64,000 nucleotides of DNA, from positions 8,556,001 through 8,620,000 of the forward strand of contig NC_043000.1 of the NCBI RefSeq assembly GCF_006345805.1. Direction: 5' to 3'. The translations under genes were made by a program, and so were the position numbers. The stretch is from Octopus sinensis (taxonomy: Eukaryota). Each line of letters starts with the position of its first letter. The stretch's first letter is position 1. This document shows positions 54,701 to 64,000 of this stretch, in pieces. Under the pieces are notes generated by a model. That model made no database searches, had not been told where the DNA came from, and worked only from the letters and a program-made list of their open reading frames with translations.

Positions 54701-55635
54701 TTGCCAAGAAGGCTTTTTGTGGGACTGTTGCCGTTTTCTAATCTTTACACCACATAGGATCGTTGAGATTTTCGCGGATGCATAGTATAGGTGGTTGAGG
54801 TTTGTGACATCAACATCATTAACTGAAATTATATCCTTAAGTGCAAGCCGGATTTTACCAATTATTTTCATGTTTTGGTTAGAGTTGCGGATTTTAGGAA
54901 GTGTATCACGCTCATCCATGCTGGTTTCTTTAATTTTCAGCCATTCAATCATGATTTGATTTTTTAGCTCATGTAGTTCTGTTGGGTCAATATTTGTGTG
55001 ACTTTCTTTATCTATTTGATGCTCATCTGTCTTAGTGTTTATGATTGGTTCAGGGCGTATTTCACTTTGCCTATCACTTATACTAACTCTTTCAATCCTC
55101 TCTTCGTTTTTATCCGCCCTGGGCTGGTCTATAATCATTTCCTCTGTATTATCTTCTCTAGCTGCAGCTTCGTTCATTTTATCCGATATTGCTTGTCTAA
55201 CCTGATCAATCTCTACTTCAGTCAGTAATTTCTTTTTTATAATGTTTCTTCTAACATTGGCAAGCTTGTTACTGTCTATGTAGGGTCTTGTGCTTAATTC
55301 CATAACTTTTTATCGTGCATTTAATTGTGTTGTTCAATAAAAGGTAATTTAAAAGGCAATTTTACACATTCTTATAGTCATGAGAGACGACTAAATGTAA
55401 ATGTTCACACAGAATTGGAGATATGTATGTTTCTAATTTTTCTTGTTAGGTGTACGTTTGTATGAGCTGTAGATATGTAAGTTTTTTTTTTTTACTTATT
55501 TTGAGGGTAATTCAAATTACTTACAGAAAACAGTAGATCTTCCAGTTTTCTACATTTGACCTGCTGGGTTCGCTGTTGCCAGTTCAGAGCATCGTAAAAA
55601 TACGTCCATCCTCTGTCACGTCCAGCCGCCTTCTC
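51756..55635 (-). mobile_element. R4/Dong-clade element, copy B (subfamily 2), near full length
   Basis: ORF 51970-54465 plus N-terminal ORF 54605-55303, separated by frameshifts; 3' UTR and 5' leader present; (TAA)n on both sides. Confidence 0.92.
51970..54465 (-). CDS. Reverse transcriptase plus restriction-like endonuclease of R4/Dong copy B (open 831 aa)
   Basis: WKSPGKD, NYRPITCL, EQKGC, WIDYKKAFDS, GIFQGDSLSPLLF, HLVYMDDLKLF, YKYLG, CRVCKQQNETIDHVVSKC, RHD, RPDIILKD..LIDMTVP, KYKDL. Confidence 0.85.
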   Translation of the reverse strand: MFKNNTKNFYRKIGKTAFTAGSVPSKEEVQRFWNKIWAEEKTHNEKAPWIDRISTELDPLEEQKWEGVKVEDIRSALRRSSKWKSPGKDKLPNFWLNAFPESHELLTELYNDVLQHPSRMPPWLVNGLTFLLPKSEETNEPKNYRPITCLTTMYKTLTSVLTEYTYSFLTDSSIFPNEQKGCKRGSYGCKDQLLINKMILEDCHKRHKNLSIAWIDYKKAFDSLPHSWIRKCLEMYKIAPTLRNFLTVSMRSWRTTLTLNSDSESLNAGDVKISCGIFQGDSLSPLLFCLSLIPLSKLLNDAQYGYKMFDKNINHLVYMDDLKLFAKNDQQLKGLLAIVKQFSDDIRMQFGLDTCAKATFIKGKMTETSNVNLDQQNVIKELDPAESYKYLGVIEGNGIRHSEMKERIRRECYRRVRAILKTELNARNRIEAIPVVTYSFNIVNWSITEICQLDRKIRKLLTMHRMHHPKADTERLYLPRKEGGRGLLQLAITMKIATIGLDTYLKNSEDWMLKLVSKHENKKASYSVTKQAKEYLSEFRIQPISELEIDIQETSTEKARRMKTRAKTAALDILNNKWQEKPLYGKYPKRANNADIDKALTHQWLMASGLKSETEGFIIAAQDQCLPTRNYQANILKIRSSPTCRVCKQQNETIDHVVSKCSLLAPTEYLNRHDRAAQYIHWVICKNLDLPHEKNWWEHKPPPVLENDHISLLWNFTIQTDRKIDANRPDIILKDFKQRTCLLIDMTVPIDINVSVRTYQKLSKYKDLEIEISKMWKLKTKTIPVVIGALGMIAKGADSYLTQIPGNPKMAEVQKIVLMGTAHILRKILSM

Positions 55636-55662
55636 TTATTATTATTATTATTATTATTATTA

Positions 55663-55701
<39 letters not shown>

Positions 55702-55705
<4 letters not shown>

Positions 55706-58700
55706 TAGTTTCATTTTTTATAGCGTGCTTTCACTTCACTACTGAGCGCAGCTCTGTGTGCCGTGGGTATGTGCTGTGATTTGTTGTGATGCTCTGATGG
55801 TTATTGTATGGAAAGTGTTCTACGTAGGATGTGTGCAGTGCCTAGTAGTGCAATTTTCTGTATGTTATATGTGTTTGTAAGTCCTGGTGTTTTGTTATGT
55901 ATTTGTCTGAATATTTTTTTATCATGCCTAATGCACCTACTATGATAGGAATTGTTTCTGTTTTTAGATTCCACATTCTGGTTACCTCTATTTCCAGGTC
56001 TTTGTATTTTGAAAGTTTCTCCATTTCTTTTAGAGACACGTTGTAATCTGCCGGTATTGATACATCAATTAGAAAGCATTTTTTTTCTTCATGATCTCTG
56101 ACAACTATATCTGGTCTGTTGGCCTTAATTTCTCTATCTGTGTGTATCGGCATATCCCAGAGTATGGTTGCTTTCTCGTTTTCTGTGACCTTTTCTGGTG
56201 TGTGCCTATACCATCTTTTTTCTGTTGTTATTCCATAATGTTGGCATAGCTTCCAGTGTATGTAGGTTCCAACTCTGTCATGTCTGTGAATATATTCCTT
56301 CTTAGCCAGGACTGGGCAGCCAGAGATAATATGATTTATTGTTTCTTGTCCATCTCCACATATTCTGCAGTTACTTGTAATATTTCTTTTCATTACATGT
56401 TTTTGGTAATTTCTGGTGGGGAGGCTTTGGTCTTGTGCTGCAATTAAAAATCCCTCTGTCTCTGCTTTGAGTCCTGAGCTTCTCAACCATTGCTGGGATT
56501 TTTCTTTGTCGATTTCTTTTGCATTTAGTTTAGTCCAGTATTTACCATGAAGGGGTTTTACTTGCCATCGTTTTATCATGGTTCTTTGCTGTTCTAGTTT
56601 TAGTTTGGATTTCATTTGTTTTATAGCTTTTGTTGTTTCATCATCTTCTTCTTCATATTTGTTAGGTAGTATGATTCCTTGTTTGTATTTGTCAGCTTCC
56701 TTAAATACTGAGAACAGTTTTTTGTTTTGCTCGTGTTTTGCCGCTATTTGTATCAGTTTTCCTTCCTTCTGAAGTAGATATTTTTGCAGTCCTATGGTGG
56801 TTATTTTATAGTAGTTTTCCAGCTGTATAAGGCCTCTACCACCTTCTATACGTTGTATATATAGTCTTTCTATGTCAGATTTTGGGTGATGCATCCTAGA
56901 TCCTGTCATTATTTTTCTTGTTTTCCTATCTATTTTGGTCAGTTCATTTAGTGTCCAGTTAAGGATATTGTAGCTGTAACTTATAACTGGGACAGCTAAA
57001 GTGTTAATACCTATCATCTTGTTTTTAGCATTGAGATCTGTTTTTAGTATTGATCTAACTCGTCTATAATATTCTTTTTTTATTTTCTCTTTCATTTGTG
57101 TGTGTTGTGTCTATCTAGTTCATGGATTCCTAAGTATTTGTAAGTTTGGCTTTGGTCTAATTCTTTTATTTCATTGGTTTTTATCTAGTGTGATGTTGTT
57201 ACTCTTAACTAGTTTTCCTCTTTTCATGGTTACTTTGGCGCATTTTTCTAATCCAAATTTCATATCTATTTCTTTAGTAAATCCATGAACTCTCTTTAAT
57301 TGTGTTTCCAGCTGTTTGTCATTTGCATCGTATAGTTTTAGGTCATCCATATATAAAAGGTGGCTGATTGTTTTGCCGTAACATTTATATCCGCATCCAG
57401 TTCTATTTAGTATATCAGATAGAGGTGACAGTGCCAAGCAGAAAAGGAGTGGAGAGAGCGTGTCTCCCTGGAATATTCCTCTTCTAATGGGGATGTCTTT
57501 GGTTTTCATGAGTCCCTCTTTTGTTTGGAGCTGTAGCACTGTTTGCCATTTATTCATAGAGTGCCCAATGAATTTTATAATTGTTGGTGCTACTTTGTTA
57601 ATAGCTAGTGTTTCGAGGATCCATGTGTGGGGGATGCTATCAAACGCCTTTTTGTAATCAATCCAGACCATACTGAGGCCTTTCTTCTTTCTGTGGCTGT
57701 CTTCAGTTATGGCTTTATTGATCATTAGTTGATCTTTACAGCCGTATGAGCCTTTGCGGCATCCTTTCTGCTCTTCTGGAAACAGGTTGTTTTCGTCCAG
57801 GTGCTTGTTCAACCTTTGCGATATCACTGCAGTAAATGCATTGTACATCGTTGGGAGACAGGTTATTGGTCTGTAGTTTTCTGGTTTTGCTGTCTCATTT
57901 GATTTGGGAATTAAGATGGTTTTCCCCTTCGTGAGCCATTCAGGCATTGTCTCTGGCTCTGCTAGTATGTTGTTAAAATTTTCAGCCAGCTTTTTGTGCA
58001 TTCCTGTTAGATATTTCAACCAGAAGTTGGGGATCTTGTCATGCCCAGGTGCCTTCCAGTTGCTTAGTCTTTGCAGTGCCTGGGTGACCTCTTCAGTTGT
58101 TATGGGGGTCCAAAGTTGCTCAGATGCTGAGTTTGTTGTTTTCATACTCCTTTTTTTGGTTGTTCGTTCGCCGACCATATTTCTCTCCAGAATTCTTCCA
58201 ATTCTTCTGCCGTTGGTGCTGCAGTGATTTCTATTTTATTTTTGCCAAGTTCTAGGTAGAACTTTTTGGGGTTGGAGTTGAACTTTTTTGTTTTGTTCAA
58301 AGAAGCGCTGGCGTTTCTCGTACCGGCGGATCCTTTGTGCTTTGGCAAGGATATCTTGCTTTAGCTTTTCTTTTATCTCAGGTAAATCTTTTTGTGTGAT
58401 GTTGTATTTGCGGAGTATTTTTGTTTTCTTTTTGTTGCTCAGTAGCGTTCATTGTCTACTGATTTCATTAAGAATCGACAGATCTTTTCTTATTTTTTGT
58501 ATTTTGTTTTGGATGTTATTTATCCACAGGGTTTGTTTGGGTAGTGGTACTCCTGTTTGGACGGTTTTGAGTGAGTATCCAGCTTCTTTTGTGGCTGCAG
58601 TGGCTGCTGCGTATACTAAGTTATTTAGCTCAGTGATATCGCTTTTTGTTTCAGTGGCTATTAGTTCCGTGACGGCTAGGTTAATGCTGTTTATAATTGG

Positions 58701-59594
58701 TGTTGTTGTTTCGTCTATTTTAATTTTTGGGCGGTGTGGTCGGTGGTCCATTTTGAGCTCTGTGGTTTTCAGTTCTTTGATTATTCTACTTTTTATATTA
58801 TCATATTCATTAGGCTCCCCTTCATTGTTTCCAGGTTTTAGATTTGTGTCGTTTTCTTTCTTATTTGTATGTTTGTTTGTCGTGTTGGGAGTGTTACATT
58901 CGTCTTCGTGTTTTACTGTGTCAGTGTTTATATTATTGGGCATTGTTGTGTGGCTTCTATCTACATTTTCCTGATGTATTTTTTCTTTTAGATGTTCTAT
59001 TTCTATTTCTGATTTTTTTTTTTGCGTTGAGAATGTATCTTCGTACGTTAGCTAGTTTGCTAGGATTCATTGCTGTATCCAAGTCTATATCTATGTTGTT
59101 TTCCTTGCATATTTTATATGTATTTGTTGTTGTATTTTTATTCTTTGGGTAGAGCACTGCTGTAAAATAAGCATGTAGGATAGAAATGTATTCCTCACGT
59201 GTCCATTTATGTCTTTTGGGTTTTATTTGCGGGACATGAGGAGAAACGTCCGGCCCATTATTTTGACGGTCGTCATTTTCGTAGGGTACCGGTCCGTTCA
59301 TTTCTGTTGTCACATTGTTTTGCACGTGTAGTTTTTCGTACATCTTATGTTGTAAGTTTAATGTACGTACTTTCCGATTGCTATTCTTGGATTGAATAAT
59401 ATCGGTGTTATTTAATTTCTTCGTAGTTTTTTTGTACATGGTGTTTGGGGTCGGAGATGATCTGGTGTTGATAGGTCGTAATGTTTCGCGCATGTTTACA
59501 TGTGTTGTGTTCGAGGTGGAGATGATATCGAGTTAAAATACATCATTTCGTTTCGAAGATAGTAATAAATTTCAATGGGTATTACTTACTCAGA
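55702..59594 (-). mobile_element. R4/Dong-clade element, copy C (subfamily 3), full length, frameshifted
   Basis: ORF pieces 58957-59493 (KRHKWTREEY), 58449-58943, 58142-58348, 57171-58178 (RT, LYMDDLKL), 55842-57095 (RLE). Confidence 0.92.
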
Positions 59595-59614
59595 TATTAT
59601 TATTATTATTATTA

Positions 59615-59693
<79 letters not shown>

Positions 59694-59697
<4 letters not shown>

Positions 59698-60268
59698 TAG
59701 TTTTATTTTTATAGCGTGCTTTCATTTCACTACCGGCACAGCTCTGTGTGCCTTGGGTATGTGCTGTGATTTGTTGTGATGCTCTGATGGTTATTGTATG
59801 GACCAGTGTTCTGCGTAGGATGTGTGCAGTGCCTAGTAGTGGGCAATTTTCTGTATGTTATATGTGTTTGTAAGTCCTGGTGTTTTGTTATGTATTTGTC
59901 TGAATATTTTTTTATCATGCCTATGCACACTACTATGATAGGAATTGTTTCTGTTTTCAGGTTCCACATTCCAGTTACCTCTATTTCCAGGTCTTTGTAT
60001 TTTGAGAGTTTCTCTCATTTCTTTTAAGAACGTTGTCATCTGCCGGTATTGATACAAATCATTAGAAAGCATTTTTTTCCTTCATGATCTCTGACAACTA
60101 TATCTGGTCTGTTGGCCTTAATTTCTCTATCTGTGTGTATCGGCAATCCAAGCATGTTGCTTTCTCGTTATTCTGTACCTTTTCTGGTGTGTGCCTATAC
60201 CATCTTTTTTCTGTTGTTATTCCATAATGTTGGCATAGCTTCCAGTGTATGTAGGTTCCACTATGTCA

Positions 60269-60270
<2 letters not shown>
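59694..60270 (-). mobile_element. R4/Dong subfamily 3, copy D, truncated with internal deletions
   Basis: Matches the 3' end of C from RHD onward with small deletions. Confidence 0.9.
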
Positions 60271-60343
<73 letters not shown>

Positions 60344-60353
60344 TATTATTATT

Positions 60354-60888
60354 GAGTGAGAGAGTAGTGCATGCAATCAAATTGCCACCGGGGTAAAATA
60401 TTCAAAGCCCAGTATACCCATCATGACTACCCGTCTGATAGGAGTACATCAGGCACATGCATCACAACCACATGTACGTGACATAGTGATAAACAGTGCA
60501 TGACCTTGCAGGTGGGGCCCAGTTAGAATTTTCTCACGATCGAGAACCGCAATCTGCTCAAAAGGTCCCTGAATAAGGGTTGTTCAAGGATGATGAACGA
60601 AACACTCATGTTTCCAGAGGTGAATTATCCAAACCCCAATGAATTGCTCTCAACACATGGCTATGATGCTCCCCCACTACTTCTGCTTGTGATCAGAGAT
60701 GCACATATCGTCAGCCACTAAGGGACATGCTCAACTGGTTTAGGTCAAACAACTGACAGCAATCTGTGGTATTGAGCAGAATATTTGCTGTAGCCATCTT
60801 TATACAAGACAAAAATACGTACATGATAACACTTCCAATCATTAAGATCAGAAGCCATGAAAATTATTGCCTGGTACTGCATCAGGGC

Positions 60889-60890
<2 letters not shown>
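60354..60890. mobile_element. Non-coding ~540-bp element flanked by (TAA)n
   Basis: No RT ORF and no homology to copies A-E; sharp boundaries gagtgagagag.. and ..catcagggcat between two ATT tracts. Confidence 0.6.
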
Positions 60891-60978
<88 letters not shown>

Positions 60979-60982
<4 letters not shown>

Positions 60983-62497
60983 TAGTTGTATTTTTATAGC
61001 GTGCTTTCACTTCACTACCGAGCGCAGCTCTGTGTGCCTGGGTATGTGCTGTGATTTGTTGTGATGCTCTGATGGTTATTGTATGGAAAGTGTTCTGCGT
61101 AGGATGTGTGCAGTGCCTAGTAGTGCAATTTTCTGTATGTTATATGTGTTTGTAAGTCCTGGTGTTTTTGTTATGTATTTGTCTGAATATTTTTTTATCA
61201 TGCCTAATGCACCTACTATGATAGGAATTGTTTCTGTTTTCAGATTCCACATTTAGTTACCTCTATTTCCAGGTCTTTGTATTTTGAGAGTTTCTCCATT
61301 TCTTTTAGAGACACGTTGTCATCTGCCGGTATTGATACATCAATTAGAAAGCATTTTTTTCTTCATGATCTCTGACAACTATATCTGGTCTGTTGGCCTT
61401 AATTTCTCTATCTGTGTGTATCGGCATATCCCAGAGTATGGTTGCTTTTTCGTTTTCTGTGACCTTTTCTGGTGTGTGCCTATACCATCTTTTTTCTGTT
61501 GTTATTCCATAATGTTGACATAGCTTCCAATGTATGTAGGTTCCAACTCTGTCATGTCTGTGAATATATTCCTTCTTAGCCAGGACTGGGCAGCCAGAGA
61601 TAATATGATTTATTGTTTCTTGTCCATCTCCACATATTCTGCAGTTACTTGTAATATTTCTTTTCATTACATGTTTTTGGTAATTTCTGGTGGGGAGGCT
61701 TTGGTCTTGTGCTGCAATTAAAAATCCCTCTGTCTCTGCTTTGAGTCCTGAGCTTCTCAACCATTGCTGGGATTTTTCTTTGTCTATTTCTTTTGCGTTT
61801 AGTTTAGTCCAGTATTTACCATGAAGGGGCTTTTCTTGCCATCGTTTTATCATGGTTCGTTGCTGTTCTATTTTTAGTTTGGATTTCATTTGTTTTATAG
61901 CTTTTGTGTTTCTTCATCATCTTCTTCTTCTTCTTTGTGTTTTAGGTGGTATGATTTCTTGTTTGTATTTGTCAGCTTCCTTAAATACTGAGAACAGTTT
62001 TTTTGTTTTGCTCGTGTTTTGCTGCTATCTGGATCAGTTTTCCTTCCTTCTGAAGTAGGTATTTTTGCAGTCCTATGGTGGTTATTTTATAGTAGTTTTC
62101 CAGCTGTATAAGGCCTCTACCACCTTCTATACGTTGTATATATAGTCTTTCTATGTCAGATTTTGGGTGATGCATCCTAGATCCTGTCAGTATTTTTCTT
62201 GTTTTCCTATCTATTTTGGTCAGTTCATTTCGTGTCCAGTTAAGGATATTGTAGCTGTAACTTATAACTGGACAGCTAAAGTGTTGATACCTATTATCCT
62301 GTTTTTAGCATTGAGCTCTGTTTTTAGTATTGATCTAACTCGTCTATAATATTCTTTTTTTATTTTCTCTTTCATTTGTGTGTGTTGTGTCTATCTAGTT
62401 CATGGATTCCTAAGTATTTGTAAGTTTGGCTTTGGTCTAATTCTTTTATTTCATTGGTTTTATCTAGTGTGATGTTGTTACTCTTAACTAGTTTTCC

Positions 62498-62498
<1 letters not shown>
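60979..62498 (-). mobile_element. R4/Dong subfamily 3, copy E, 5'-truncated
   Basis: Near-identical to C 55702-57220; starts at GKLVKS; (TAA)n on both sides. Confidence 0.92.
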
Positions 62499-62569
<71 letters not shown>

Positions 62570-63414
62570 CATTATTATTTTCATTTCTTAAGTAGTGAGA
62601 CAAATCCAAGCGATCAAGCCTTCTCCCAAAAGTGGCTATGCTTATGTAAAACATATTCTGATATTTATTATATTGAGAACAGTGTTATTTGCTTTGTTTG
62701 TGTCCGCATTCCTATCACATATATCCTGTTTGTTCTCCTCTTCCATTTGACATTGACTAAATATTGTTGAAATTAGAAAAGTAGTCGTTAGGAGTAAAGC
62801 AGTTACTTTTCTTCTAAAATATATGGAATACCTAACGGAAAAGAAGCTTATGACACACACTCTCTCTCTTTCTATCTCCCTTTCTCTCCCTTTGCACATA
62901 TATACAAATATAATACATTCACACACACATATATGTATGTATATTAAGTCAGTCTTTGTGTCATTTTTATACGTGTAACCCAACACAGCCTGTATTATGG
63001 CCGGCCCGTCGGCAACTAAACCGGCAACCCTACTGAGCCTGTTTGGTAAGCAGGGTGGTTTTTCGCTCGAAACTTTGCAGTACGAAAAACAAATCCCGTC
63101 AAAGGGCAGATGAACTTTGTAGAATCAACGGGCATCGAATAGCTGGGGCTGAAAAACCCCCTTGTCTTTATTTAGATACCTTTCTATGGAGAAGATATCT
63201 AAATAACCTCTTTGACTTCGTTTGCATCCAATGATATAAACTTCTTTAGGGGCAAAAGAGTGGAATTGACTTTGTGCAAGGCCTTTCCTCACTTCAAAAT
63301 GCTTCTGGTGTTGCTTGGTTTTCAAATCTCTACTATGTGTTGCATAATGTGGTTGATCTTAGCTAAAAATGGCAAAACCTTGAATTAAAAAGCCAAAATA
63401 ATGAGAGCTGTAAG

Positions 63415-63628
63415 AAATAATACAAGTCGATGGTTTATACTCTTATCTTATATTTCGATATTTTGGCGTTAGGATACCTTCTTCAGGAATCTTCGGAGAA
63501 AAGTCAGCTTGCAGCATCAAATCTCCAGAGATTTCTCGAGAATGGATCCCACGTGTTTAAATACAAGATAAAGTGTCGAAGTATCAAAATATAAGATAAA
63601 AGTGCAAAATCTCGACTTTGTATTATTT
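63415..63628. repeat. Imperfect inverted repeat containing a degenerate hammerhead (63454-63489, minus)
   Basis: aataatacaagtcga..cttatcttatatt / aatataagataa..tcgactttgtattatt; ttc-CTGAAGA-aggt..gcc-AAAA-ta-TC-gaa. Confidence 0.6.
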
Positions 63629-63794
63629 TTTATAACGCATTGTTTTGCCTTCATCAAAATAATTAAAAGGAAGGCACGCATCTCACACACACACAGACAC
63701 ACACACATTTAACCTGCGCACTCATAAGAAAGCGGAAGCACATACTCTTCTTGACATTACTTAAATGTGTGTGTATATATATTTATATGTATGT

Positions 63795-63900
63795 ATGAAT
63801 GCATGTATGTACGCATGTATGTACGTACGTACGTACGTATGTATGTATGTATGTATGTATGTATGTATGTATGTATGTATGTATGTGTGTATGTATGTGT
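63795..63900. repeat. (TATG)n microsatellite
   Basis: Direct sequence. Confidence 0.95.
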
Positions 63901-64000
63901 GCGTACGTTTGTACCATTGGTTATACAATAAGTGTCCTTGATTTGTTTCCTAATTCAATTCTCAATTCTATTCATATATTAAATTAGTAATATTGATATG

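Noticed and set aside
49716-62582. Repeat-spacer-repeat periodicity reminiscent of CRISPR
   Set aside because: The repeats are simple (ATT)n, the spacers are retrotransposons of 0.13-3.9 kb, the context is eukaryotic and there are no cas genes.
62995-63100. GC-rich segment with gagc..gctcGAAAC
   Set aside because: The core reads CTACTGA (two mismatches) and stem I does not close; possibly a LINE 5' leader, but I cannot support a call.

Overview
AT-rich, repeat-saturated eukaryotic DNA, most likely an octopus or other coleoid cephalopod. That call is an inference from the SINE families, the dense (AT)n/(TACA)n/(TCTA)n tracts and the TE mix. I found no host protein-coding gene I can support: ORF-track entries are microsatellite translations, antisense frames of TEs or short ORFs I could not assign, so the window is probably intronic or intergenic. 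Contents: (i) four tRNA-headed SINE families; (ii) DNA transposon relics (maT/Tc1-like DD37D, mariner DD34D with TIRs and TA TSD, a mariner MITE, hAT, Chapaev3/CMC, two Helitron halves, a Helentron-type HINE); (iii) CR1, Tx1, RTE, Gypsy and Penelope relics; (iv) about 11 minimal type-I hammerhead ribozyme motifs, at least two with intact cores, plus many AT-rich foldbacks; (v) a 12.9-kb block (49.7-62.6 kb) of seven head-to-tail insertions separated by eight (TAA)n tracts. Six of these are R4/Dong-clade RLE retrotransposon copies from three subfamilies, and one is a ~540-bp non-coding element that appears to share the same target. Coordinates were read by eye and may be off by a few bases.
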